Shown: piece after piece, positions 39,967-53,941 of the stretch
Numbering within the stretch: the stretch's first letter is position 1
Layout: each line of letters opens with the position of its first letter
NCBI GenBank assembly: GCA_964016885.1
Contig: OZ024743.1
Span: 88,908,001-88,972,000, forward strand
Direction of reading: 5' to 3'
Length of the DNA stretch: 64,000 nt
Source: Eledone cirrhosa
Taxonomy: Eukaryota
Position numbers and translations under genes: made by a program
Notes under the pieces: generated by a model
Told to the model about the DNA's origin: nothing
The model's input: the letters and a program-made list of their open reading frames with translations, nothing else
Database searches by the model: none

Positions 39967-42369
39967 TGTACAGTACATAGTATAATAGAAGTATATAATA
40001 TACAAAAAATAAGATAAAAATGAATTATATTACGATTTGGAAATATATTCTTACAATTATAAGCAATATAACTTTAAAGCAATATAATTTTAAAAATTAC
40101 AGAATATTTTAAGATATAATTTTAAAATAAGAATATGTCTAAAAAAAATTCAGTATAAAATTTAAATTTTTTTTATACAATATTTAACTCTCAGTATGTT
40201 TAACTTAATTTTATAACTATATGGGAAATTTTCAAAGAAAAAGAAAGAGAAACTTTCAAAAGAGAAACTTTAAAAAGTAGGAGAAACCTTTCAAAGAAAA
40301 TATTTTCTCCTTTTAAGAGCTTTCGGTATGTTTTTCTAGAAAAATTTTCTAGGAAATTTTTTTTTTTAATATTTGAGAGTTTAAGCAGTCAAATGAAGGA
40401 ATCTAATGATTTATCGATGGGTTCAATATATTAATAGAATTAATTATATATTACATTTTAAATTTATATTTAAACGTTGAGTTCAATCTATGTCTGCAGC
40501 AATTGAATAGATTGCTTCTTACATTTAGGGAATTTTTGCTTTTTAATATAAAGAATATTTCCTCTATACAAAGATCACAATTTTCTGAAGAGGAATTAAA
40601 AGGAGTAGCTTTGAAATAATATTCCAAAGTAACGAATATTTAACGTTCTTTAATTTGAGGTCCCATAATAAGCAAGATAGAGAAGTTGAAGATTTTTTGT
40701 TTAAATGCGTAAAAGAGCTTTTATGGTTATTAAAACGAGATTTAAAATCTGTGGAAGTAGATCCTACATAATTAAATGAATTTAAATTAGTTATTACATT
40801 ACAATTATATACTATATTTTTAGCTAAGCAATTGTTATTTAATGGACAATTAGATTTATTTCTATAGTTACATTTATCAAATTGGATATTGCTGGGGTTA
40901 TTAGTGGTATTTTGGTTAGGTTTTAAATTTCTATTATTAATTCTATTAATATTCTGCGCTAAATTTTTGGTGGATGAATAAGTTAATTTTATAGTATGTC
41001 TATTAAAAATTGAGTAATATCTATGTGTTCTAGGGAAGCATTTGTCAAGAGCTTTAAAAAATAGTTTAGCAATAGGAGTTTTAATATTTAATGAGAAAGG
41101 AGGAGCGAACCATAATATATTCCTAGTTCTATTTCTTTTTTTGTTTTCCGAATTATTGTAAGGTTTTCTATTATAGTTGTTAAAATTGTTAGGATTATGG
41201 TTAGTTGTTATATTATTATTATTATCAATGTATTTAATTTTATTTCTATATCCAGCTCTACCTAACGCTTCGTTGTAATAATGTGCTTTATCATCAAATA
41301 TATTCTTATTAGCTGAAATTCTAGAAAGGCGTTGCTGTACAGAATTCACTATAGTATTTTTAACGTAGTTTAAGTTCTCGTTTAGTTTGTGAAAAGGATA
41401 ATGAAGACATGTGTTAAGGTTTAATGTTACATCTAGAAAATTAACTATTTTATGGTTATTCTCTATTTCTACTTTTAGATTAAGGTAATTAAAACATTGT
41501 ATAATTTCTTTTCTTTTCCTATTTAATTCACAGTTATTATTTTCGATAAGTAAAAGCATGTCGTCACGATATAAACCTCCGGTCATCTCAGGTATTTTTC
41601 TATGTAGAGAATTATTTATAAAGAGGCCCACAAGATCCGTTACCTGAGCGGAATCGGATGATCCCATAGTGATATCGAAATTATTGTTTCTATCTGCTCT
41701 AGTCCAGAGTTGGTTGTTAAATTCTATTAATGTTTTCCGTGCCGTTAAGATAATGTGCATTTCATTACTAGTTAAGTCTGTATGTTTAAATGCATATGTT
41801 AGTGCTTTGTTAAGTAGATTAGGAGTGATAGATGAGTAATAATTAGCAATATCCGATTGAATAAACTTATTATTATAGTTATATTTAATTTCCTTAAACC
41901 AATCGATAACTTCATTAGTTCCTTTCCATAATTTTAAATAAGATAATTCCTTAATTTGTGGTATTATTCTGTCTAAAATATTCTTGCTAAGTATGCCAAG
42001 GTCCGATTTAGATGGTGCAATTAATCTGACTGGTAATTCAGTTTCAAAGTTCCTTTTATGGTCCTTCATATTCATTTTAGGTTTCCTTGGCATGAAGGGT
42101 TGTGTCCTATTTTCAATGCCTAATTCATGCATTAACTAAGATTTTTTTCAAGGTCGTCATAAGTTGTTATTTTGTATTTCTTCCTTAGTTCCTTTAATAT
42201 AAGATCGTTATAGATGTCCTTTTGTATTCCGGAAAGATTATTGGTTTTGTCTGACTTGACTAGAATTTTTTCCGTTTTCTCCAAGTTTTCAATATTATTT
42301 TTGATATTTCTTAGGTAATCCTGGCCTTTGAAGTTGTTTTTGAATTTGATGCTTTGGATAAATATATAT

Positions 42370-43100
42370 GTATGTAAAAGGTAAACAAATATAACAACAT
42401 AATCGGTACTGTATATGGAAGGAATATATTAGGTTAACGCTTGAAATAGCAGGAAGAGGGTCTTAACGTTTCGGACGTTAATCCTTCATCAGAAGAAAGA
42501 ATAAGAAATAAGATAGATAGAAGGGATAGACGGGTTGGAATTGGAAAAAATGTCTTTAGATAAAATAACAGGTCCATTCATGTTGACATGTCTTGGAAAA
42601 CTGTTGATGCTGGCGTATTGTGTATGATTTCTTTCTTTAGAAAAGTGGATGATGGAGCACATCTATCTGAAATAGAATTAGTCTGTATTAGTTGTAAAAG
42701 AATATGTTTCAGACCATAAGGGAACCATAGGAATCTAGGGGTGAATGTACAAGCACATGTGATAATGGACAGGGTATTAAAGAAATTGGAGAGGTGAGTT
42801 GAGTTCATGAGGGAAATAGGACCCAAGGTGGTGAATCACACTCTTTTCAGTCTTGGAGTGCGAGACCTGTGATCTATGATGTGAAAGGGCACCCAGGACT
42901 GAGACATGTAGGGAAGAAGGACCAGGAAAGCGGAAATGACGGGCGACAGGAATATCCAAACCGAGTTGTATGTCCCTCAAATGCTCAGCAAAATGGTTCG
43001 CCATACTGCTTCCCATTTATCCGATGTATAAAGATCCACAAAGGGAACACAAGAGGGCATAGACAACGTGGACGGATGTGCAGGTGAAGGAGTGGCGGAT
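42370..43100 (-). mobile_element. PLE 3' fragment (GIY-YIG plus 3' region), second family
   Basis: FAEHLRDIQLGLDIPVARHF; homologous to 54258-55665. Confidence 0.85.
42461..42496 (-). ncRNA. Minimal type-I HHR
   Basis: tctt CTGATGA a GGA ttaacg TCC GAA AC GTT aaga; palindromic ACGT stem III. Confidence 0.75.
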
Positions 43101-43195
43101 ATCTCTCTCTCTCTATATATATATGTATATATGTATATACATTCAAACAAACACACATATATATATACATACATATACATACATATATATATATA

Positions 43196-44207
<1,012 letters not shown>

Positions 44208-44385
44208 CGTTGAAATCTGCGGTAGCTAATGGTCAACTTCCTTCGGACATGCGCCTGCGCAGACCGGTGGGGGTGAATTGGTACTCACAGGGGAACGGAT
44301 GAAAAACCCAAAAGCACGCACTTCATCCATTCCCATGTCGATTCAATTTGGATTGCCTCGGAAATATAACCTTATTATGTAACAA

Positions 44386-44458
44386 GCTGTCTGATGATTC
44401 ACGACACTCGCACACAGAACAGTGTGGCCAGTGTCGTCATTGAAATATATATCACAGC
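44386..44458 (+). ncRNA. Type-I hammerhead ribozyme, repeat 1
   Basis: GCTGT CTGATGA ttc ACGACACT...AGTGTCGT catt GAA ATATAT ATC ACAGC; predicted cut after C44453. Confidence 0.75.
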
Positions 44459-45688
44459 ATTATTATTAAAGGACTTGAACATCTGAAACTACTTCGCTTT
44501 TCCTTATTCGATATTTACTCCGTCACTCCTATGTGGAAAAAGTACGTTGAGTGCTTGAATTGAATTGCATCAATATTTACCCTAATAATTTAGCTCCAAT
44601 TAGTTGAGCGCTCTATGATGTAACCGATATGGTAGAGAAGAGAGGAACCAACCATGAGCTACCCCGGAAATTCCCTCTACCATGGGGATGGAAACCCCTG
44701 ACACTGGACGGACATAATAGTAACTTTCGGCAGGATAAATACGTGGAAACAAAAAATAAGATAAACCCCTATTTTCCTGCACCAAATCGCATTTGAACAG
44801 AAGCCCCCTCAATTCAATCTATACATTGACAGATTGACAATCATATGGATCATTTTGCATATATGTACTCTGTGTTTTTGCATTTATTCATTATTGGTTC
44901 TTTTCTTTTGTGTACTTTATGTCTGTTTTTCTTTGGTTTTGTTCCATGTGATGGAAATTATGACTGTGTACCAGATTGACTAATGCCTTGAATGCTGTAG
45001 TTTACCTTCCGTTCTAATGTACGGCACTGTCGTTCAATATGTGGATAGAGTAACTGTGACACTAGAACCCCTCTCAGAACTTCTTACTTAAACATCTCTC
45101 TCCATATTATTTACTCACTTCAATCTATATTTTTTTACTCACCTCAATCCGGATTCTCACTTGAAAATTTTTTTAATTTCTAATTGTTAATTTTTTAATT
45201 GTTTAATTGTTTAATTTATAATTTCTGATATTTGATTTAGGATTTTAATTTTTATTTCCAACTCTCACTCTTAACTTCCAATGTAAAACCACGATACCTA
45301 GAATTAAGTTTATTTTCCCTTATTAGTTGATGGTCAGTCGTACTGTCCACACTTGGTGAGAGGTAGTATTATGACCTGTAAAAACTAACACTCTCCCATC
45401 CCCTCTGGCTTTCGGCTGACTGCCACAGTCGGGATGGGTAGCAGTAAACTATGGTACAGGCCTAGGTGGGCCATTGTTTGGCTGAGAGGGTGAACTGACT
45501 AAGCGAATTTCGTTGAAATCTGCGGTAGCTAATGGTCAACTTCCTTCGGACATGCGCCTGCGCAGATCGGTGGGGGTGAATTGGTACTCACAGGGGAACG
45601 GATGAAAAACCCAAAAGCACGCACTTCATCCGTTCCCATGTCGATTCAATTTGGATTGCCTCGGAAACATAACCTTATTATGTAACAA

Positions 45689-45762
45689 GCTGTCTGATGA
45701 TGTCACGACACTCGCACACAGAACAGTGTGGCCAGTGTCGCCATTGAAATATATATCACAGC
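45689..45762 (+). ncRNA. Type-I hammerhead ribozyme, repeat 2
   Basis: GCTGT CTGATGA tgtca CGACACT...AGTGTCG ccatt GAA ATATAT ATC ACAGC; predicted cut after C45757. Confidence 0.75.
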
Positions 45763-45765
45763 ATT

Positions 45766-45952
45766 GGGCGGTGGATTGGCAATATCGGTAGAGGGTCGGA
45801 CGCCATGCTTTGACGCAAAGCGTTACGGCCCTTTCCATTCCGAGTTCAAATCCCGCCGAGGTTAACTTTGCCTTTTATCCTTACGGGGTCGATAAAATAA
45901 AGTACCAGTAATACACTGGGTAATTTCTGGCCTTGTGCCAAAAGTAGAAACA
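45766..45952 (+). mobile_element. Family-A SINE inserted in the second repeat
   Basis: Absent from the first repeat; sits in an (att)n run. Confidence 0.9.
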
Positions 45953-46075
45953 ATTATTATTAAAGGACTTGAACATCTGAAATTACTTCGCTTTTCCTTA
46001 TTCGATATTTACTCCGTCACTCCTATGTGGAAAAAGTACGTTGAGTGCTTGAATTGAATTGCATCAATATTTACC

Positions 46076-46125
<50 letters not shown>

Positions 46126-46654
46126 AACCCATGCTAGCGTGGAAGATAGATGTTAAAAGATGATGATGATGAGGAGGAGGATACACACACACACACACAT
46201 ATATATATTTACATAGGTAGACAGATAACTTTATAGAAAGGTGGGTTGGTAGAAATATATATATATAGCAAGATTGATGGATGGAAGTATGACTAGAAAG
46301 ACAGGTAGGTAAATAGATAAATAAGTAGGGAGGTAGGTATGAAGTTAGAAAGATAGATAGATAGTTATCAAGGTAGGTATGAAGTTAGAAAGATAGATAG
46401 ATAGTTATCAAGGTAGGTAAGTAGACAGAGAGATAGATATAGAGACACATAAATAGTAAGGCAGACAGAAAGATACTTTGCTAGGTAGGTATAGATAGGT
46501 AGATAGCTAGCTAAATAGATTGATAGAGAGATAGATACATAGATATATAGGGAGTTAGATGTGTGTGTATGTAGGTAGGTAGATAGACAGATAGGTAGAG
46601 CAGTTTAATCTTTAAAATCTTTCCTTTGTTTTTCCAAATATGAACACCTAGGAG

Positions 46655-47547
46655 GTCAGACTGGGTAGTAAGCACACACACAAAAAAAAAATGGAGAAAA
46701 GTTTTTTACACTGAGATCAAGGAGTTGTTTTTCAATAACTTTACCATAGCTTGGTGTGGGGTAATGTGTTTCGTGCAGTGTGGCCTGCTTTGTTATAATG
46801 TAAGGACTTTTATTTCCACTTTGATTTAAGTCAGAAAAAAAATTTTTCTCCGTTTTTCCATGAGCTATCAACTAATTCAACCTCCAAGATGTTCGCAGTC
46901 GACTATGCTTTTAGCATATTAACAACAAATATGACTTCCACTGAAATCAAAATTGATTAACTTTGTGAATGGTATTTCCACCCACAATCCACCCTCTTTT
47001 TTCTACAAAGCTAGTCATTTACGGCAGGTTTCAAAGTCATATTCATTGATAATATGTGAAAGCAAATAGTCAATTGGGAGCACCTTAAATGTCAGATTGG
47101 GTGTAAGCCGAAAAGAAACAGGAAGAACATTTTTCACACTAAGATCAATACCGTGGTGTGATGTAGTATGGGGTAGTTTGGTATGTGTGGTTTGGTGTAG
47201 TTTAATGTGGTGTGGTCTGCTTTGTTTCCCTATGAAGTAAGGACTTTAATTTTCACTTTGATTTAAGTCAGAAAAAAAATGTTTTCCTCCGTTTTTCCAT
47301 GTGCTATCAACTAATCCAACCTCTAAGATGCTTGAGTCGACTATGCTTTTAGCATATTAACAACAAATATCACTTCCACTGCTATCAAAAATGACTAGCT
47401 TTGGGAATGGTCTTTCCACCCACTTTCCACCCTCTTTTTTCTACAAAGCTAGTCATTTTCGACAGGTTTCCATGTCATAATCAATGATAATATGTGCAAA
47501 AAATAGTCATTTGCAAGCACCAACTTTTAATGTCAGATTGGGTGGTA

Positions 47548-47584
<37 letters not shown>

Positions 47585-48180
47585 CACAAAAAAAAAACAG
47601 GAAGAAAATTTGTCACATTGATGTCAATACCATGGTGTGATGTAAACGGTAGGAGTAGGTGTTCTGCAATAAATTTACCGTAATATGATGTAGTATGATG
47701 TAGGTTGGTATGGTGTGGTTTGGGGTAGTTTAATGTGGTGTGGTGAGCTTTGTTATAATGCGTTTCCCTATAAAGTAATGACTTTAATTTTCACTTTAAT
47801 TTAAGTCAGAAAAAATTTGTTTCCCATGTGCTATCAACTAATTCAACCTCCAAGATGCTCGCAGTCGATAAGTATTTTAGCATATTAACAACAAATATGA
47901 TTTCCACTTCAAGCAAAAACGACTAGCTTTGTGAATGGTATTTCCACCCACAATCCACCCTCTTTTTTCTACAAAGCTAGTCATTTACGGCAGGTTTCAA
48001 AGTCATATTCATTGATATGTGAAAAAAAATAGTCAATTGCGAGCACCTTTAATGTCAGATTGAGTGTAAGCACACAAAAAAAAAAACAACAAAAAAACAG
48101 TAAGAAAATTGTTCACACTAAGATCAATACGATGGTATGATGTAGTATGGTGTAGTTTGGTATGGTGTGGTTTAGTTTGG
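46655..48180. repeat. Diverged tandem repeat, 440-520-bp unit, about 3.3 copies
   Basis: Anchor gtcagaYtgRgt...taagc at about 46655, 47091, 47532 and 48053. Confidence 0.85.
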
Positions 48181-48559
48181 TATGGTGTGGTTTGGTTTGC
48201 TTTGGTGTAGTTATAATTTGGAAACTTATCGTATATTTACCGGGGTATGGTATAATCTGGTTTGGCGTTGTGTAGGTTAGTGTGGTGTGGTGTGCTGTGT
48301 TATTGTGTTGTGTGGTACAGTATGATTCTTTTTAAATTAAAATGTAATGCCTACCTTCTATATCTTAAAGAGTGACTTCAAAGATGATTGCAATCAACCT
48401 TTTCCCTGGATTAGTGATAGATTTAGGGTTAGTGTTAGGGTAAGTTTTACTGTTAATGGTAAGTTTATTGTTAGTGACTGTGTTACACTTAGTGTTATTG
48501 TTAGCATTACTGTTACTGTTACTATAACTGTTACTGTTTGTGTCAGTGTTAGAATTTGC

Positions 48560-48895
48560 ATAAATGTCTAAAAGCTTTTGTATTAGTGTCTATGTAGAGT
48601 TTATGTTAGCATCTGCATTAGTGTTTGCATTAGCCTTAGCGTTTGCGTTAGTCTCAGCATCTGCATTTGTGATAGTGATTGCGTCAGGGTTTGTAGTAGT
48701 TTGCGTCAGCATTTGCGTTTGCGTCAGTGTCTGCGTCTACGTCAGTGTTTGCATCAGCCTCTGCGTTAGTGTTTGCGTCAGCGTTTGCATTAGCATTTGC
48801 ATCAGCATTAGCGTTAGCTTTTGCATTAGCGTCTGCGTCAGCATTTGCGTTAGTGTCAGCGTTTGAATCAGCGTTTGTGTTTGCGTTAGCGTCTT
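48560..48895. repeat. Degenerate 6/12-bp repeat (tttgcg/tcagcg)
   Basis: Seen directly. Confidence 0.8.
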
Positions 48896-49048
48896 CGGAA
48901 TATTGAAGAACTCAATGTAATCCAAATATCATGAAAAGAGAAGATGCATTCAAAAATTTTCGATAAAAAATCATAGGAAAACAGAGTCAAGATAAATTAA
49001 TAAAAACAATGAAATAAAAACAAAGAACAAGTTCCTTATATTAAAAAT

Positions 49049-49184
49049 TCATCATTTTACGATCGTTTCTGGGATGTATATGTGTGTTGGTATGTATATC
49101 ATATAGATCTGTGTAAAAATATTACAAATTATCAGAGGAAATATACATACCTTCACATATACATGCCGTCCTCAGAAATGATGA
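49049..49184 (-). ncRNA. Type-I HHR with very long stem II
   Basis: TCATCATTT CTGAGGA...~105 nt...GAA ACGATC GTA AAATGATGA; 9-bp stem I, palindromic ACGATCGT stem III. Confidence 0.7.
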
Positions 49185-49455
49185 GATTTGTTTATTGAAA
49201 AACAACAACAAAGATTTAATATAAAAGGTCTGTTTGGGAACAGGTTTTGAATTGACCAACAGAAATTGAAAAATAAACAAACTTATTAGAACTTTCCTCA
49301 AGGACTATTACAATCTCACTATTACATTTGAAAACACAGTAAAATAGTCAATTTCCTAGATATAACTTTAGACCTATCTACGGGTATCTACCAACCTTAC
49401 CATAAACCTAACCAAAACTTACATTACATACACTCACAATCCAATCACCCTAGAT

Positions 49456-51839
49456 CAGCGGTTCCCAACCTTTTATAATAAATTCCACCTTAATGATATA
49501 TAGCAAAACAGTATGGCCCCCCACCAAAAATTAAAATGTTTGATATCATTTTTTTATGTAGAAATAATTTCGGCATGTCTTTTTATTTCAATCAAATCAT
49601 TTAAAATTTATTGTAAACCCTTTTTCAACAAAAAACATTAAAATAAGAACATTATTTAATTTCAAAGAACAAATTAATGAGATTTCTGTAATTGTTTGTT
49701 TTCAACTAGTTTCTGGAATCTTGGAAGAATAGAGGTAAGAGCACACCTCAAGTCATCTTCAACTGCCAATTTGTTTCTTGCCTTTGATTTGATTGCTAGC
49801 ATAGCAGAGAACCCGCTCTCACAAAGATAAGTAGATGAAAATGGCAGCAACACATGGATCGCCATGTCAGTTATTCTTGGGTAGGACACTTTCATAGAAC
49901 ACCAGAATTCATTCAATTCTTCTGAATTAAACAAATTCTTTGCTGTTGAGTCATTAATTAGTTCAAGGAATTCTTCTTGAGCAGCTTCTGGTACAACTTC
50001 CACATCACAAAGAAAGGGATTTCTTGTCAACTCAAGATTTTGTTGACTTAGAACTGGGAAGTACCTCTGAAACTCATCCTCAAGTTGTGACAGATGCTCA
50101 GTTATTTCAAGTTCTGTGGTCATTGGGAGTTGCTCTCCATTTAGAATAGATGTCATTTTTGGAAACATTATAACATTACCTTGGTGAACTTTTTGCTTGT
50201 ATAATACTAATTTTCCTAGAAAAGCACGGATAGCATCTGTATGTGACAGAATATTGCAATTTTTCCCTTGCAACTTTAAATTCAAACTATTGAGTATGTC
50301 GAAAATGTCAACAAGATAAGCAAGAAGATCAAATTGATCATGTTGAAATTTTTCCAGAATATCTTGCTTCTTTTGCTCTTCAACAAACCTTTTCACCATA
50401 TTGCTAAGCGAGAAAAACCTTTCCAAAAATTGACCAGCTGACAACCAACGGACAGCTGTGTAGTAAAGAAGATCTGTATGCTTTGTTCCCAGGTCATCAC
50501 AAAGTTGTTTGAACAAACGAGTATTCAGAGCTGATGATTTGATAAAATTTACAATTTTGACAATGTCTTTGAAGAAATTATTTAATTTTTGAGGCAATGA
50601 TTTTGATGCAAGGGCTTCCCCTGTGTATGAAGCAATGTACTACTTGTGGTGCTTTAGCTCTTATCTTACCAGACCTTGATTCAAGCATTGCTGGTGCTCC
50701 ATCTGTTGTTATGCCTATGAGACGTTGCCAAAGAATTCTTTGCTTGTCAATAAATGTAGAAATTGATTCCATGACATCAACTGCTTTTGTTGTGCCCTCC
50801 AGCGAATGACAGTAAAGAAACTCTTCTTTCATATGACCATTAAACAAATAGCGACAGAAGACTAGGGGTTGATAACACATGGAAACATCAGTTGATTCAT
50901 CAAGCTGCAATGCAAACCATGGTGAATCCTTAATTTGCTCAACGATTTGATCCTTCAAATCTTCCGATATATCATTTATCCTTCGTTTTATCGTGTTATT
51001 TGACAAGGATATATCATTTAACTTCTTTGAAGCACTTTCTCCAACAACAAGTTTAACCATCTCTTTGACACAAGGCAAAATCAGTTCCTCAGCAATCGTA
51101 TGTGCCTTTTTTTGTTGAGCAATCAGATAAGCAACACGATAGGAAACTTCAACAATAGTGGCCTTGGTCTCATGAATAGTACCACTTACATCAAGCTTTT
51201 GATTTTTTAAACCATCTGATTTCCTTTTAAAAAAAGATTCATCTTTTCCAAGTAGTTCAGGGTGACATTTTGAAAGATGTAATTGAGCTTAGAAGGCCTC
51301 ATAGTCAGTACCTTGAAACAAGTTACACATTGAGGCAAATCAATATTGTTCTTTTGCATGCAAACAAATCCCATTTGAAGATATGTATCATCATACTTTC
51401 TTTTTTTCTGTTTTTCTGACATTGAGAAATTCACTAAAATAAATAAAAAAAAGTTTCTATATCCAGTTTTAAATGATAAATTTACTAAAATAAATAATGA
51501 AAAGTACTTCAAAATAGTCAAAGTAATTTTGTCAATGAGAAATTTACTAAAATAAATAATATATATCCTGTTACAAAAATAAGTTTCTTTACTAAAATAT
51601 AAATTGTTATATCCAGATTTAAATAATTAAGTGAAGTAAAATCATAATTAGTAAAGGTAGAAAGTTGATAAAAAGTTGAATATAAAAATTTGAAGCAAGA
51701 AAAAGAAAAAAATTATGTTAGGAAACTACTCTTCTTTTTTATGTATGAAATTTTGTGATTTTTAGTTATTTCCAGTGGATCCCCCAATAACTAGCTATAG
51801 CCCACTGGTGGGCCATGGCTCCCTGGTTGGGAACCAATG
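49456..51839 (-). mobile_element. hAT Buster/Charlie-type (ZBED5/ZBED8-like) DNA transposon, full length but frameshifted
   Basis: TIR cagcggttcccaacc / ggttgggaaccaatg; perfect TSD CCCTAGAT (49448-49455, 51840-51847); motifs FALQLDESTD, TTDGAPAM, HCFIHR, VRWLS, LPFSSTYLCESGFS over three ORFs. Confidence 0.95.
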
Positions 51840-53082
51840 CCCTAGATCTATCCTTAAAAACCTAGCATATAATATCTCACTCAGAATCTCTAACCTTTCA
51901 TCTAACCAGGATGTATTCGATAAAAACGCGCCCTTTTATAACGAAGCTTTAGCTAGAAGCGGCCACAAAAACAAATTAGTCTTGCACCAATAATACTTCA
52001 AACAAACAACCCAATATTACCAACAAACACCAAATGAAAAACCCACACCTAAATGCCACTCATACTACACCTGAAAATACCAACCTAAAACTTAATTTCT
52101 CTACCTCTTCTCACATAAAATATGACTTTCAAAAAACCATTCATCCTAATACTCCAATATATGTTAACAACATTACTAACAAAATTCCTGGTAATCAGAC
52201 TAAAACACCTAAATCAGTTAATCTAACTAAACCTATATATAATAAATAGTAACTCTGTTAGTAAACATCCTGATACATCGTATAAATATAAAAAACAATA
52301 ACGAAACCGTAATAGACGGGTTACTTGGTATAATGCTCCATTTAATCTACAAATTAAAGATATATAAAAATATTTTTACTATCCTAGAGAAAAAATTCCC
52401 ACCAAACCATAAATACCATCAAATTTTAAATAGATCAACTGTCAAATTTTCCTACTCCACTACCAAAAATATACCACAGAATATAAGTGCGTACAACGCA
52501 CATAAATGTAAAAAAACCACAAATATACCACCAACACATCAAAACAACCATAATACTAAAATAAACCGCAACAAACCACCATCTCCTTCACCTATAACAA
52601 GTCGAGTAAATTCCACACCAAATTTGACTAACTCCCCTGATATAATATTCACGAATATTCTTTAATAACATCTAATTCTTATTTATCACATTCATATGAA
52701 TTAGTATAAATTTATCCCTATAAGTATACCTATCAATTAATTTAATTTCTTGTTATAGATCTAGATTCCTTGTGGTTTAAATAAGATTGGTATTTCTCAC
52801 TAATATCCTTACCCTAAAATTTTATTTTCCTTCGTTTTTAACATTATCCTTTAATAACATCAAATTTTCGTGTACTCTTCACTGGCTTGACTTCTTTTCA
52901 TCCCCAAGGTATTCTTTTCATTCAAAACATAAGTCTGAACTCCTCTACCCCTAAATTAAATTTCTACTACCACTATTCTATCAACTTGACCTCTAACTAC
53001 TTTTCTATTGGTCAATTCAAAACCTGTTCCCAAACAGACCTTTTATATTAAAGATTTTTTTTTTTTTTTCAATAAACAAATC

Positions 53083-53218
53083 TCATCATTTCTGAAGACA
53101 ACATGTATATGTGTAGGTATGTATATTTCCTCTGATAATTTGTAATATTTTTACATAGATCTATATGATATACATACCAACACACATATACATCCTTGAA
53201 ACGAGCGTAAAATAATGA
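53083..53218 (+). ncRNA. Type-I HHR with very long stem II, second copy
   Basis: TCATCATTT CTGAAGA...GAA ACGAGC GTA AAATAATGA; two substitutions weaken stems I and III. Confidence 0.65.
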
Positions 53219-53333
53219 ATTTTTTAATATAAGGAACTTGTTCTTTGTTTTTATTTCATTGTTTTTATTAATTTATATATATATTGAAAGGATAACAAGG
53301 ACGATTGATTACTCCTTCATTGCATTTATTGAT

Positions 53334-53420
53334 AGGTGATGCGCGTTTCGCCACTGATCAGCTCAAGGTTCGATCTGTATCGATCCTACCCGACTCAATA
53401 ATCGGCAGCTCGACGGACCC
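53334..53420 (-). ncRNA. Decayed HHR-like motif followed by AATAAA
   Basis: gggt CCGTCGA GCTGCCGAT...ATCAGTGGC GAA ACGCGC ATC acct; core differs from CTGANGA at two positions. Confidence 0.35.
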
Positions 53421-53864
53421 TTTTAAAATGCTATAAGAAAATGAAATACATGCTATGTGGTAAAGTCAGAATTTCAAGAGTTTGACAAAATGAGTTGTTT
53501 TGATTGGTGGGAAGGATCAAAGGGATATACTGGCCTGTAGTGTATGTGGGGGTGGATATGATAGTGAGATGTTGGTGACGGTCGCTGGATGTGATGGGCT
53601 GTGGCGTGGTGGTGGCGGGTTGGCCTTGGCCTGTAGTGTATGTGGGGGGTGGATGTGATGATAAGATGGTGGTTATGGTCGCTTACTGGGATGGGCTGTG
53701 ATGTGAGGTTAGTGGGTTGTCGGTAGACGGGTTGGCGTGTGTGGGTTGTGGTTGTGGTGTTGTTGTTTATGGTAGTGGCGTTTGTGGTGGTGTGGTGGAT
53801 GTGTTGGTGGTATCGAGTCCTTGGCGAGATACATAGCTAGACGCTCTTCGTCTGACAAATACGT

Positions 53865-53941
<77 letters not shown>

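Larger units (their letters stand above)
38442..42360 (-). mobile_element. Penelope-like element, near-complete RT plus GIY-YIG (ORF 40564-42132), probably Naiad-like
   Basis: KSDKTNN upstream (frameshifted), SDIANYYSSI, FDITMGSSDSAQVTDLVG, LYRDD, IVY...YVG...FKSRFNNH; same family as 27257-30103. Confidence 0.92.
48992..53276 (+). mobile_element. Decayed PLE bounded by ~275-bp inverted pseudo-LTRs, interrupted by a hAT transposon
   Basis: 48992-49266 is the reverse complement of 53002-53276; VNFLDITLDLSTGIYQPYHKPN...SNHP[hAT]RSILKNL...ILNRSTVKFSYST. Confidence 0.85.
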
